DNA of 64,000 bases from Laetmonice hystrix. Taxonomy: Eukaryota. Location: positions 31,434,001-31,498,000 of the forward strand of contig OZ249437.1 of the NCBI GenBank assembly GCA_965235115.1. Reading direction: 5' to 3'. Within the stretch, counting starts at the first letter, position 1; every line of letters starts with the position of its first letter. Made by a program: the position numbers and the translations under genes. The notes below the pieces were generated by a model. The model had not been told where the DNA came from and ran no database searches. It saw only the letters and a program-made list of their open reading frames with translations. Shown piece after piece: positions 13,601 to 26,309 of this stretch.

Positions 13601-15741
13601 CCTGTGCCGTCAGATTACCCCGGGGAGTGTCGCGTTTCGGACACCGTGAACGCGTCCATGCAGGCGAGGAATTCTGATCAGCTCGGATGGGACGTCCAAT
13701 TCGGCGACTCGCCTTGCCCACTGGCCTACATAGACCTATTCAAGAAGTCGGCAGGGTGCAAACTATTGGGGACCTTCAGAAAATGCCGGGCTTTATCATT
13801 TTAATACCTCCTGAATTACAACCAAGGGGCAGGCTTTGTTGCTCGGTCAATGGACCAGTAATTTGGAGCAATCTTTCATGACTATACGGGAAGCCGTGGG
13901 CGTGGACTGTGGTTATGGCTTGGGGAGGGGGAACTCTCCTTCCTGACATGGTGTCCCCAATGTGAAAAAAACCGGGTTATTTATAGCTTTTAACCTGAGA
14001 TCGGACATCGGACACAAAAACAGACAGGAAGAAAGGGCACGGAAGGAAGAGAGGCGACATCCTTCCATTACCTGGTGCCGGAATCAAGAGGTGTGTGTTT
14101 GTGTCAGAGGGGCGGGTAAGGTGTGAACTACGCAGTACACCCACGTGACAGGCCCAGCCTGTCCTCGTTTCCCCCTTATGCCATTATAATAAACAAATGT
14201 TGCCGCCAAATGTCCCTGTGGGCCTCGATCCAAGCCGGGGACCTCCGCCAGGACCCCGAGGGGTAACCCTACCATCTTGGACCAGCAGTTATTTGAAGCC
14301 CCCGCACAGCCGAAGCCTTCCCCAATACACAATATTGTATATGAAGCATATGGAAGCCGTGGGCTGATGGGGTGTGGGAGCCACCCGACGGGGGTGGGGT
14401 GTACACCTCGACGGGGTATTTATACGCTGCAGGGCCAACCCCTTTGCATTCTCAGAAGGAACAGCCCCAATTCCAAGTGTAGCTTAAACAACATAATGTA
14501 CTTTGGCAGTGTGCATCCATGCCGTACATTCTGGAGTAGGTAGGGAGCTCTCCTCCTCATGCGTGCCTGTATACAGGCCGGTGACGCCGCTCGTTCGGCG
14601 GCCGGCCCGGCACGGCCCGGCGGCCCGCCTCTCACACCCATTGAGCCGGCGACTGGCGTGGCCTGACACCATTGGGGGTATTTTAGTCAGCTGGTCCAGG
14701 CATTGAGCAGGCCAGACCTTGCCATTGAATCCCACTGACCTTTCACTGCCAGGGTTGCTGCCTACATCATGTTGGCAACTCGGCCCAAACACACTTCCTG
14801 CATAACTGTGTCACGGTAACAGATCATCCCATTGTTATCCCCGACCCGCACTGCTCTATGTTAGTACAGACTTCCCACACCAACGACCCTCATAGTTTAC
14901 CTGTCGACTAAACGCACAGAGTAGAGATCAAACTTCTAATTGTGAACTGTCTCCTAACAACCACTGCTCACGAACCCCACCCATTCACACACATACACGC
15001 ATCAGTGCTGCTACCTGACACATAACATGTATTTATAGATACCCCTAACACCAAGAGCCAGCTACAATATCAGTTAAGTAAACAGTGTGTCTTTTTCTCT
15101 TATTTACTCACCAAAACATCTTCCCCTCATGGCAGTGGCTGACAGACGCTTCCACTTCACCGACCCGGCTCACTGGCAAGTTTGTGCGACATAGCCGCCA
15201 ACAAGAAAGAGGCGGATTGGGGGGGGGGGGGTGTAAGAAAAACGCTTATTGTTTGGAAGCTCGATTTTCGGCCCCCAATTGGTTGGTGCTGCGTAGAACG
15301 ACATGCCGACCCACAGACTTGTTACCTGTGTATACAGACAGAGTGCTGCCGTGGTTTGGAGAGAGAACAGAACGACTCACAAGCTGCGTGCAAAACATGC
15401 CTAAACACAAGCTGCTTGAGTACTGTATGGGGGAGGGGGAGACACCGTGAGCTTTCTACATCCTCATCTTCATCTCTCTCGGCGGTGGCAGCAACAGCTG
15501 ACTGCCGGCGAGGCAGTTTGGTGAAGGCTGGTGTTGTATATAGAGAGAGAGAGATTCCTATCTGTTATGGCAATTCCCGGCGGCACTTGCCAAGTGTTCA
15601 ACGGAAAAAACATATACCACCACTGAGTAGTAAGAACCGTAACAACCACCACGCATGCAGGTATTTGATCAGTTCAATTAATACAGACAACGGAGAGAAG
15701 CAATGATAAATAAACCTGTGAACAAAGGTGGGACAAACTAC

Positions 15742-15873
15742 CTCTGGATTGTCGTCCAAGTTGCTGCTGATATCCGACATGGTGCTGGTGCAGGGGGTTT
15801 CCGTCAAGTGCTGGTGAATAAGCAACGACTGAACTGAGCTCAGGTAGAAGTGGTGGTGGTAGTAGTAGCAATC
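15742..15873 (-). CDS. Candidate exon (132 nt), possibly a first coding exon starting MSDISSNLDDNPE
   Basis: The acceptor is ctgtgtgttctgtgcTAG|G and the donor is CCAGAG|GTAGTT. The ATG at 15780-15778 sits in the context AGCACCATGT and gives 13 codons to a phase-0 donor. Two of three frames are open. I recognise no homology. Confidence 0.3.
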
Positions 15874-17400
15874 CTAGCACAGAACACACAGAAAGCAGAC
15901 AGAAAGGCTTGCCTTGCCTGCTTTCAACCTGTGATGTCCAAGTAAATTTAGCAAGCTGAGCACATGGCCAGGTTGTTGTGGCTTTCTACTGCTTTACCGC
16001 TGTTGGTGCTGATGCTGCAGAGTGTGTATTACACGTTCAGGTGCAGTGAGTGAGTGTGTGTGGAGAGGGCGGCCTTCTCTGGTCTGGTGCACGCAGGGCG
16101 CTGCAGTAGCTCGACGATCAGCTCTGTCGGTCAGTGAAGTCTGGCTGTCCAGTACGGCGGCCACTGTGAAAGCCTGCGCTTGACTGTGACTGGCTGGGTG
16201 CTCAACCACTCAGCTGGGCGGTGCTGGCTGGAGTGGCGGTGGGGTGCACTGGCAGCGGCAGTAGTGGTGGTATGGTGTAATTGTATGGGTGCCAACAAGC
16301 GGAGGACATCTGTCGGTGGCTATTGTATGCAGCTTGCGCGTTGCCGTCTCCGAGTCGGTGCCGCCAAGGCCACCAGCTCTTGCAGCTGCACAGATGTTTG
16401 CCGCTGGTGCCGCCTTAAAACTTCCTGGCAGGGGGTTCAGCCTGGAGTGATTCACAACCTAACCTTAAGCTTGTCGGACCTGAGGTAAAGCAGTTATAAA
16501 CCCGTACACCTTTATGGCTAACAGTTTACCTGGCTCCTGGAATTACAATTGGTACCGACTCACAAACAACCCGCACCATATACCTCCCACAAGTCGCGTC
16601 AGGAAATACATACAAAATAATGCCAGCATAAGTAAATAAAAATAATTCTCGGTAACCTTTATCACAGAAATTGGTACGGCAAAATAGGTCATAAGTATGA
16701 TCAATGCATGTGATTCTTCACTACTGGCTATTCATCTCATATTAATGCAATGACAGAATTCCCATAAAGTGACCGATCTCCATCTAATTAATTACCAATT
16801 AGGATCAAGCCGATTCATGGTCAGCCTTTGCTGCGCCGTTCACCGTGCTGTGGTGACAACGTCCACATGTTGGCCCACTTTTAATTGAGTGTGGGAAAAT
16901 GGCAAGGCGGACGGCGACCCTACCATGTTATTACGGTCGACTGACAGCCACTGAGTCGGCTGTCACCTGATGCTCTACTGACCAAGGGTTGAAAACGTTG
17001 GTGGAAAAAGTCCTTCCCAGATTCTTCAAAAGACGTCGTTTCTATTCATGTCTGCGCACATTCAAAGACACCCATGCAAAACTTGTGTCTCCAGCACCAT
17101 TCAGTCTCACTCGCGCATACATAATTAGCGGCCACAGGGGGAAAAATAACTTCGAGAAATAATGTTCACACCAGAATGACCCGTGTATGTACATATGTAA
17201 CAAAGACCTGTCCACCATTGGTCAATGGCGCTGTCAATTTAAGAATTTAAACAATAAAACCCCAGCGTGTTGTTTGCGTGACCCTGTGGTTCCAACTCTG
17301 GATCCAGCGTCGCCGCTGCCCGCCAGTGTCTTCAGAATAACTCACCCTGAACATTCAGAGGTCAGCTATTTGAGCCTTAATTGTGGCCATTTTGGATCTC

Positions 17401-17464
17401 TTAGCCTGTCGGAATACTTTCCCTACTTTGTTAGCCTGCCAGAATACTTCCTTGCACTACTTTG
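17401..17464. repeat. Diverged ~30-bp tandem duplication
   Basis: TTAGCCTGTCGGAATACTTTCCCTACTTTG is followed by TTAGCCTGCCAGAATACTTCCTTGCACTACTTTG. Confidence 0.7.
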
Positions 17465-20400
17465 TGACCGGGCCGGCCCATCAAGGTCGACTGAAGGTCG
17501 TAGCAGGTTGTTGCCTTTGCCCTTGCTGAGTGCCCTCCCTTGTAATAGCCCGCGCCTATTTTGGTACCGTAAGTCATTCACTAGGAAATAACTTTTTACC
17601 TGCATGGCCTGGATTGGTGAAAACAGAGGGCAAGTCATCGTGTTGAAATACTTACGGTTACCTTTGGCCATACCTAGCGAACTAAATGATCTTTTTACTA
17701 TGTCTCACTAAATTTAAACCCTTCAGTATTTTATTATGTAAATCGCTGGTTTTCATAAACCACACAACCCGGTATATTTATACAGGACTACGAGCGGGAG
17801 GGTCGGGAGACATGACCTCTGGACTCTGACATGGTCATAGACCCCACTAATGGTAATGAGAAACCTAACTGATATGTAGGTCTACTTGATCTTTAACCTT
17901 TGGTCTGTGCGGCCTAATTACTGCTAGATTCCAACTGTAAACGCTAGCTGACTTCTCCCAGGGCCAGAGGGTCACATCTGTGTCTCATCCATCAGATCCT
18001 CCCCCCTCTCACCAACTGCATGGCCCTGCCTGTCTTACTAATACATGTCACAAGGCCCCTTGCCAAAAACCCCTGTCAGGTCCTCCCAACTTCAAATAAA
18101 TTCTTGTAGCTACATGTTAATGACATAGAACTAATAGCAGAAAGCAAATCATCAATTTGGCTTCAAAGATTGGACTTCGTGTCACATTCTGTCAAACAGC
18201 AATGAATCAACAATTTCTGGCGAAAAAGAACTGGCTTAGGAACAAAACACGAAATCCCCCGGATAACCTTTTCAATAGTGCCACGTCTTCATCAATTTTC
18301 ATCCTGTGCGCGGATCAATGGTGCTTCTCCTGTGCATAGTCAAGATTGACTCAGTGTTAAGGATGATGAATGGTCTTCCTGCCTTTCATCCACCATCAAC
18401 GTACCCATTTACTCTCGGCCTTCTACAGTTATATGACATCTGCAAGCCGCGCCATTTGGTGTTGTGAGACCTTCAACCTGACCAACAAGACACCCATAGA
18501 GGATAATGGGCACACCAGGGAACTCCAGCGTGGCGTCTGCCGGGTCTGGCAGCCTGAGATCGCTCGCAACAATTAGGCTAAACGCTCTTATCCTGCTGCT
18601 GTGGAGATTGGCGGCGCTGTGACTGACTGGGCGGCCGAGCTTTACACCTCAACCTGATGATCAACTGATGTTTCTTGCTATCTCATCCCCTGCCGCCCTC
18701 AGGCGCAGGGTCCATACCTTCAACACGCACTATCTCCGCCCCATATCGGCCACGGAGTGCAAGGTGTTAGGATAGCAATGTGGAACAAAACAAACATCGC
18801 ATAGATGTCATATTCAATAGGACATCTATGTGAGGTATGTATGATTGGTTCGTCGCTATCTGTGCAAGATCCACTTGTATGGTATGAAAAAAACGAGATC
18901 AGGATTAGAAATTGATGAGGTCATCTGCAACTGCACGATAATTGGTTACATAATTTTTCTATAATGCTATCAAAGACTGCACGACACTCGCCACTGTTTT
19001 CATTTGTTTTGCTCTGTTTATTTTTGCTGCTTTGTTATAGGCCATTCAAAGCTTGCCATTGTAGTAGATTATTCAAGTGGCTTCAAAAGTGGGCAGCATG
19101 GCTGCTAATGGCGACGCCGTTGCCAACGATCACACGCTGGTTGCCCTTGGTAACAAGGTCGTCACCGGTGTCATTGCATGACCAGGGTCACTGTTTCTGC
19201 CAACTTTCCAATAAAATGATGGCCGTGTGGTATTTGAACGGCAGTGAATTTGTTGAACCGGTTGTAAATGGTGCTGGTATATTGGCAAGTAATGATTCCC
19301 GTTGCCATTGGTGTCACAAGGCAGACAATGCACCTGCTGCCATGCTATATGTGACAAGGGTAGTTTGGTTCTAGCCCACTACTATGTACTTAGATCACAG
19401 AGTGTATCATGGAAGTATGCCAGAAAATCTGCGCCACCCCCACCCCCAATCACCCCCTCCTTCCAACCCCCACAATCGCCCTTACCCCATCCGTCAATCA
19501 CTGCTAGGTTAATCTGTTTTTGTACTTTCTTCCTCCCGTCTATAAAAGAATTTTCTACTAAAATGAATCATTTTTACCGACTACACCACCATTAGCACGA
19601 TGCTAATAACATTTCACGTTTAATGAAACTGTTTTCATAGTGTATGATCAAAGAATTGAGTGCGAGACAAAAACAGGGATTTGATAATATTCTATCTATT
19701 TGCCTTATCTATGTCGGTATGGCAGCAGTTATTGATCTTGGCAGGCATTCTCTACTTTCTATGTATACTCATCGAGCTGTCAGTACCTCATCTGTCAAAT
19801 CCTTGTTTTCCTACTTGTCAGTACCTTCTCCTTTTCCTACTTCTCACTAACCCCTAGTTTCCATACCTGTCAGTAAACCGCCTTAATTCCCTGTCAGTAT
19901 CTCCTTGTTTCCCTACAGGTCAGATATCGCTTCCAGTCAGCCTTCCACCATACCTTGCCCTGCAGTTTAACGAATACATCGGTTCCGCCAGCCACCTGAC
20001 AACAGTTCGACTGTACGTAACTATGACAACAGTACCAACTCTTGCCGTCAATCTCATGCAAATTATCACGGAACAAAACTCGGCAAGCGAACCTACGCCA
20101 GTTTACCTATTTTCTCTCCACTTTGGTGTTTTTCTCGGCAAGACAAATATCAATATGTCCATAAATAATTCACTCTGTCGGTGACAGTGCATAGGGCATA
20201 TTAGGATGTTGGTATCGTTTGTGATACTACTGGGCTGGTTGGCCTAAATACCGTCTTGGGCTGCACCAAAGGTACACCAAAATACTTACACCGTTATCCT
20301 CCAAAATATAATATTAGAATATTATATGATATACATGTTTTTGTCGTCCGTGAACTCATTAGTAGTACCTTGTATACACTGGTACTTTATACACGGGATT

Positions 20401-21588
20401 ATTCCCTCCTTCCAATGTAGGATAACGCTATGCAGAAATATCCTTCCAAGAGCCTTTGTCTCAGTGCATTTGTTTGTGACTTGGTCTATGCTATAAATCA
20501 TAGTAATGGCGGCTGATAGGGCCGTCACCGCCATCATCTCCTCCCCTCTCTGTCATGTCACCCTCACCCCAATACACAGACTGTGTACTCGTTAACCTGT
20601 CCACCTCAACTCCGCCCCTCAATCTCTCACCTGGTCCCAACTCGCCGTCAATAATCTCCATCCGTTCAGATGGAGGGTGTGTGTCATTGACACCCCTCTC
20701 TCTACCCTATTTACTCCCAGGTCCCCCGGAATTCCTTACGTCCATATCGACTTGGCTTTACATGCGGGCGGTAATAAACTTACATATTTTCCCTGCCCTC
20801 TCGAATTCCCATTTTCGATTTCCAACCCCAGGTTAGATATCACACTAGCCGTGTATTTGGTGTATGCCTTGGTAAACATAAAAGCCCTTGAAATTGTTTT
20901 GATCGATAAAATTGAACGAAAGTCATACAGGAAATTTTCTGTACCAGATAAATCAAAAAGTGAATTACCAGTATGGGGGCATTGTGCTACGCCGCAGCGT
21001 GCATGACATGGTTCTGTAAAATGTCATGGTGGGTTTGGCGAGGACAGACATGCTGGCCCCAGCATCACCTCCCCGCACCCCCACACCGCTTACTCTACAC
21101 CATGGTATGGTTGGCTGACGTGCAGCAAGCATGCACATCTATACCTGCAGAGCTGGGCTTCATATTGTAGTGTGTCTCACCCTTTCAAAAGGCTTAGCAT
21201 CGCTTTACGGCCCAGGTCACGAGACTGGTTTAATATTGGAAAAATACAATGACGTATACCAGTTTTTCTTTTTATGGCAGCGTTGGAGCAGGGTGGGGGT
21301 GCATGCTGAAAGGGGCAAGTAGACGAGTGTCACATCACGCACCAAAAACCCTCCACATTCAAAGTTTTTTTTATATTCTGTGTATGGAAATAATAGAATG
21401 AAATGAATTACTTGACTAAACAAAATCGTGAAAACAGGTCATAACTCTTTACAAACAGCATATGAAATTAACTTTGGACGGTTTGCTCCCTTTTTTACAT
21501 TATTTATTATTCCTTCTCCCCCCTTTTAATTTCTGTCCACAGTAAACATCAAAGGACAAATGACAAGGTGTGTGTATGACCGGCCGGG

Positions 21589-21630
21589 GTAGACAGGCTC
21601 GGTCCAGGTGTAGACAGGCTCGGTCCAGGT
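21589..21630. repeat. Perfect 21-bp tandem duplication
   Basis: GTAGACAGGCTCGGTCCAGGT occurs twice in tandem. Confidence 0.85.
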
Positions 21631-24170
21631 GCCGTGCTGTGTGAGTTTGGGAGGTTGTAGAGGTGTGAGGTATGCTGTGAGCTCGGCTTCGATCCTGGCA
21701 GAGATTGACCGTGCCAGGTGGGCTCGGCACCACCATCTTCTTGAGCTGTCAGACTCTACCGGCTTCTTCTACAAACTGATGGTAGCTCCCTGGACCCTCC
21801 CCCCCCCCCTCCCGCCGGTCTCACCCCACCCCCTAGCTCCGGCCTCACAGCCTATTCTGACACAGACCCTGCACTCACACTCACAGTGTGAGTCCCACGC
21901 ACACAGATGGACATGGACATCCATCTATGTGCCTCCGACTCGGACAAATACCAAAGGGCCAGCAGCCGACCACAGCCGCAAAGTGTCACCAACGTAATGC
22001 TCCAGGCAGCCCTTCCTCTTCCTCTTCTTCTTCCTCCTCTTCCTCCACCAAATGTTGCTCTTTACATAACATGGTCATCCTACGGGGCGCTCACTTCAAA
22101 CCTAGTCCCACCAGCCATAACACCACCTATTCTAGGGATCTCCCGAGGGTTCTGGTGGGTGTCAGATACAAGAATATAAAAAAACATCCCCGGCCAGGTA
22201 ATCAACAAAGCCAACCACTAGCCTGATCTCAAGTCTGACATTAAATACATACCGATGATATCATATTCCCCCATGCCCATCGTAAAATTCACATTTGTCC
22301 CAAAATGTTACAAAGAATATATTCTCCGACCGTTGCGGAGGAGACCGGTTATGGTTTGTGATTAGCTCCGGCGGTGAGCTGGTAATGGGGCGACTCGTTT
22401 TGTTACGTGCTCGCCACCTGAAGTGAAGTAGCCACTGATAAGGACTACACGAGGTCGGCGACCCATCGGGCCTTACTGCTTATCAAGGTTATCCACGGCG
22501 GCACTTCCCGGCTCTCGTAATCGTATCTGTAATCACACTAGACACACACTCACCCACGGAATCAAAGCCTCCCGACAGGTGCTAATCGCTGCTTCACCTG
22601 ATGGAATCACGCCCGGCCGTGATGGATTCTACCTGGCCACCCGAGCCAGCCCTCCTCCCATTCCTCAGCACTAACCGGACCAGCACCATCAGAAAACCCT
22701 TACCGCTCCGCCCTCACAATATAAGAGAACGTTTTTGCAACGTGCTGCTATTCTGTTCGTCACATTCCGAAAGAAAAGAAAGATATGCGCACTGTGAATG
22801 ACTACCGGCTCTCTGTGGATTTGTGCCAAATGCAGATATTTCGCAATTTTGAGACTCGTAAAAACGGTGGTGTCGGGGTGTGTGTGTGTGTGAACGCACC
22901 TTACAAAGTATAGGTTGCTGGTGACATTTGAGCTGAATGGCATATGTTGGTTACCATGACTACCCAAACTATTCACTGACCTACACCGTTTACGTCAATG
23001 TAAACGAGGGGTATACATGCCTCACTGCCTTGGCCTTGGCTGCTGGGGTTACGAGCCGAAGTGTCAAAAACAACGCGACTTGTGAAGAAACAAGGAATTT
23101 GAAGGCCAGCATAAAGTACTTTAACCAAGACCAAGCGCGTCCATATAAGGTGATGGTGGAATTCCATTTTCACTTCCTCTGATGGTAATAATTATAACTG
23201 GCATCATGTTCCCTCCAGATATCTATGTTTTGTGTCCAATCAAACATGAAACATGAGTGAATTCTCGCAGACGATATTTCATTTATGGAAGATCGAACGA
23301 GTGCTGAGCTGTGCAACAGTCGTTGCCATCTTTAACCGCAGGGATCATCCAGACAGGATCACAACACTGAATCTATTAATATACAGGCTCCAGACAATAT
23401 TATCACCGCATTACATTTTAACGATTTCTAAATTTCTAAATTAGCCTATTCTTACCCAACATGTTAAGTTTGGAATTTTTTACTTTAATATAAACTGAAA
23501 TAAATAGTAGGAGCCCTTTTGCTTTTTAAACTGAATTATGACTTCCGTGACCTTTTTCAAAAACATTTCGAGGCTACTGCCCGTAACTACGCGGTAACGG
23601 TCTCGGCCCGAACAACCACAAATTGTACCACAGTTAATGTATGGCAGACGTACCAGAATTCCCAAGCTATATTTCCTATCCAATGAGAAAACCTTTTTGG
23701 AACCAAAAGGAAACGTTTTCCCCCTCTCCCACCAATCTGTGTACGCGATAATCACAGGATATGGTATAAGGCTCAAAAGCAATTGTTCCTTTCGGTGTGC
23801 GCCAGTTCTGGGGTCTGCAGCATGGGTGACTTAACATCGCAGCAGGTCAGGCGATGTAAATCTGGCCAGCTATTTGTGGGCCTCGTGTCCATTGGGTGCC
23901 GCCAATACCTTAACCTTCACTTCAGATGTTGGTAACCACCAATGGCGCCATTCGTTCAACTACTTCCACTGCCGCAACCACCTCACTCAACCTATCCACG
24001 CGGCATAATAAGTCGTCAATGGGGTGCCCCCCTTCTCACCCTAACCCAGAAAGAAACGGAATTCAAGTTTAAAAGAAATGAAGAATTCCTATGAAGAAAG
24101 ATTCTGGTTGAACAGTCTCCAAAAGAACCGTTTTCTAGATATGGGGACGTGGGAAACGTCGCTGTTTTTG

Positions 24171-24436
24171 GGTGGGTGGGTATTTGGGGTTTTACGCCTT
24201 GCAACAGCCAGGGTCATATCACGGCGGTGAAGATGAGATGAAAGTCAGTTTTTCTTGGTGGAGGAAACCGGAGTACCCGGAGGAAACCACCGACCTTCGG
24301 GAAGGAACTGACTGACAAACCTTTCACACATGCAGCCCAGGCCGGGAATCGAACCCGGGTCGCAGCGGTGTGAGGCGATGGTCCTAGGTGTCATGATGGA
24401 GCCGACACCTTAGACCACTCGGCCACCCGAGGCCCC
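24171..24436 (-). mobile_element. Full-length tRNA-derived SINE with V-domain-like core, (ACCC)n tail and 12-bp TSD
   Basis: The minus strand reads GGGGCCTCGGGTGGCCGAGTGGTCTAAGG... A box TGGCCGAGTGG lies at 24415-24425. B box GGTTCGATTCC lies at 24345-24355, inside a perfect T-arm CCGGG-TTCGATT-CCCGG. The core GGTTTCCTCCGGGTACTCCGGTTTCCTCC (24260-24288) matches my recollection of the V-SINE conserved domain. The 3' end is ...GGCGTAAAACCCCAAATACCCACCCACC. The identical flank TCGCTGTTTTTG occurs at 24159-24170 and 24437-24448 (TSD). Confidence 0.92.
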
Positions 24437-25531
24437 TCGCTGTTTTTGTAATGCCCGCCTCACCTATCTATAAATGTTGGCGGCAATCATGTTTTAGCCG
24501 CACTGTTTTTATTCGCAATGTGACATCTATAGGCTCAGCGGTTGATATCCCAACCCAACACGATCACCTTTCAGAAATCTCTATACAAAGGCGAGAACTT
24601 CCATTTCTCAACCTTATAAACAGATATTCTCAATTAACCTCTTCACTTTCTACTCAAGTGTTCAATCCCACCGAAAGGGTCGGTGATATATAGGCCACTT
24701 GGCTATGTAATTGGCAGAAGACCCTAGGTTCCATTTCATACCCCCTACTCAGCGTACCTAGGTTTCCCACTTTCACTGGAGGTGGCGTTCATACTTCAGT
24801 GCCGTGTTAAATTCTCTAATATTTGTCTTCCCCAGTAATGCAAGTCTTGGTTTAACACGATATCAAAGGAGGGGTCGTACTGGGAAAATAAAGGATCACC
24901 CCCCACACCCACCCCACCCCCCACCTTGCAGATTCCAGGGGCCCGTCTTACTAAGAATGTCACTCCCCAAATCAGAGGCATCCCCATATTTGGGGACATC
25001 TCCCCAACACTGTTTCAATGGAGGGACTTTTTACTAAAAACGGACGTATACATCCCCCCTCGTCTATAGCCACCAAACTACGGGTGCATGTATGATCTGG
25101 CGCGTGTAATTCCAGCGATCAAGAAGGCCATGTACTGTTTGTTGGCTTTTAATAATAATTCTTTGCTTGCCTCAGCGAGAGTGCATGGTTGCCTTGCTCT
25201 CCCACTTATAGCCTGTAACGTCGTTACCCAACCCGTCGCCGTGTGAAACCCCACGAATCCACTTCAGTGGGCCGATTAACAGATTCATACTACATGTGCA
25301 TTAAAAGTCAAGCGACGTGCTGGGGCCTCCAAGTGTCGGCTGTTTACATATACAGTCGCCGGCCCTGCACCGCCGAGCACGTAATTATTGTAATGGAGTA
25401 ACATGATCGCTTGGAGACACCTGCCCCGTTAGTAGGCCCCCCTACCCCGTCCCTGTACGTGTGGAATTCAACATGTTGAGGCGATCTCGAAAATACATTA
25501 TGTAACAGGCTTCCGGGGACTGCGTCTCTCC

Positions 25532-25569
25532 GGCCGCCAGGGGGCCGCGCCACCAAAGGGGGCGCCACT
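25532..25569 (+). promoter_or_regulatory. Tandem CTCF-like motifs in a CpG-rich patch
   Basis: GGCCGCCAGGGGGCCGC (25532-25548) is immediately followed by GCCACCAAAGGGGGCGCCACT (25549-25569). The reference consensus is roughly TGGCCACCAGGGGGCGC. This is a motif match only. Confidence 0.35.
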
Positions 25570-26243
25570 GCATAATGCAAATGACAAGTTCATCACACCT
25601 ATCAAATTGGTGATGCTGTCGCTAGCATCCACCTCCTACCCGCAACTTGACACTTTTTCTAAACACTCTTCTTTTCATTAGTCGGTGAGTAAATTGATAG
25701 GAAAAGATTGACTAAACAAAGAGTCCATGGCCGTTTTAAAGGTCTCAGAGAAATTTCGGCATACATTATTACACTGACTAAACCCCCCACTTCCCTTCTC
25801 TGGCTATTTCCTGTGCGTGCCACCATTTTACAAACCCTCCTCTTCCTCCCTCAATCCATTACATGAATCAAGTTGCCCACGTCCCATTCTACCGCAGCCC
25901 CAGCCTAAATATAGCTGACAACTTCCTCCCTTGGATCCAAACGGATACAATAAAAACGGCTCACAACAGAATCATCCAGTAAATGTGTCCCTTCAAATCG
26001 TTCGTCAGGTGATCAGTAAGAAGCCGAGAATAAAGGACCGGGCAGTGAACCGACTCTTGTATTGGTGACGGACTGGCTATTAATAACAATAGTTGGTATC
26101 AAACAACAACTGAAGGCTTGAAGCACCTAGAGAACCAAACTGAAGCCAGCTATACGTATGCCTGGCAGATGTCCACCTGGCCTACAGGAACTGGGTGGAT
26201 CTACTAAACGCAGTCTAAGCAGGTATCCAAATATTGTTCCTAC

Positions 26244-26309
26244 CTTGCCCACCCCATTGGTGGCCAGGTGGGGAGAGGTACTAGACCAGTCAGATGGCTC
26301 TATACATAC
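26244..26309 (-). CDS. Candidate 66-nt phase-0 cassette exon
   Basis: The acceptor is ctttattgcgtgtttCAG|G and the donor is GGCAAG|GTAGGA. The only open frame reads VCIEPSDWSSTSPHLATNGVGK. It could be a chance match. Confidence 0.2.

Noticed and set aside
22937-23182. 81-aa ATG ORF with protein-like appearance
   Set aside because: It is short, has no recognisable family, and is within chance expectation for 64 kb.
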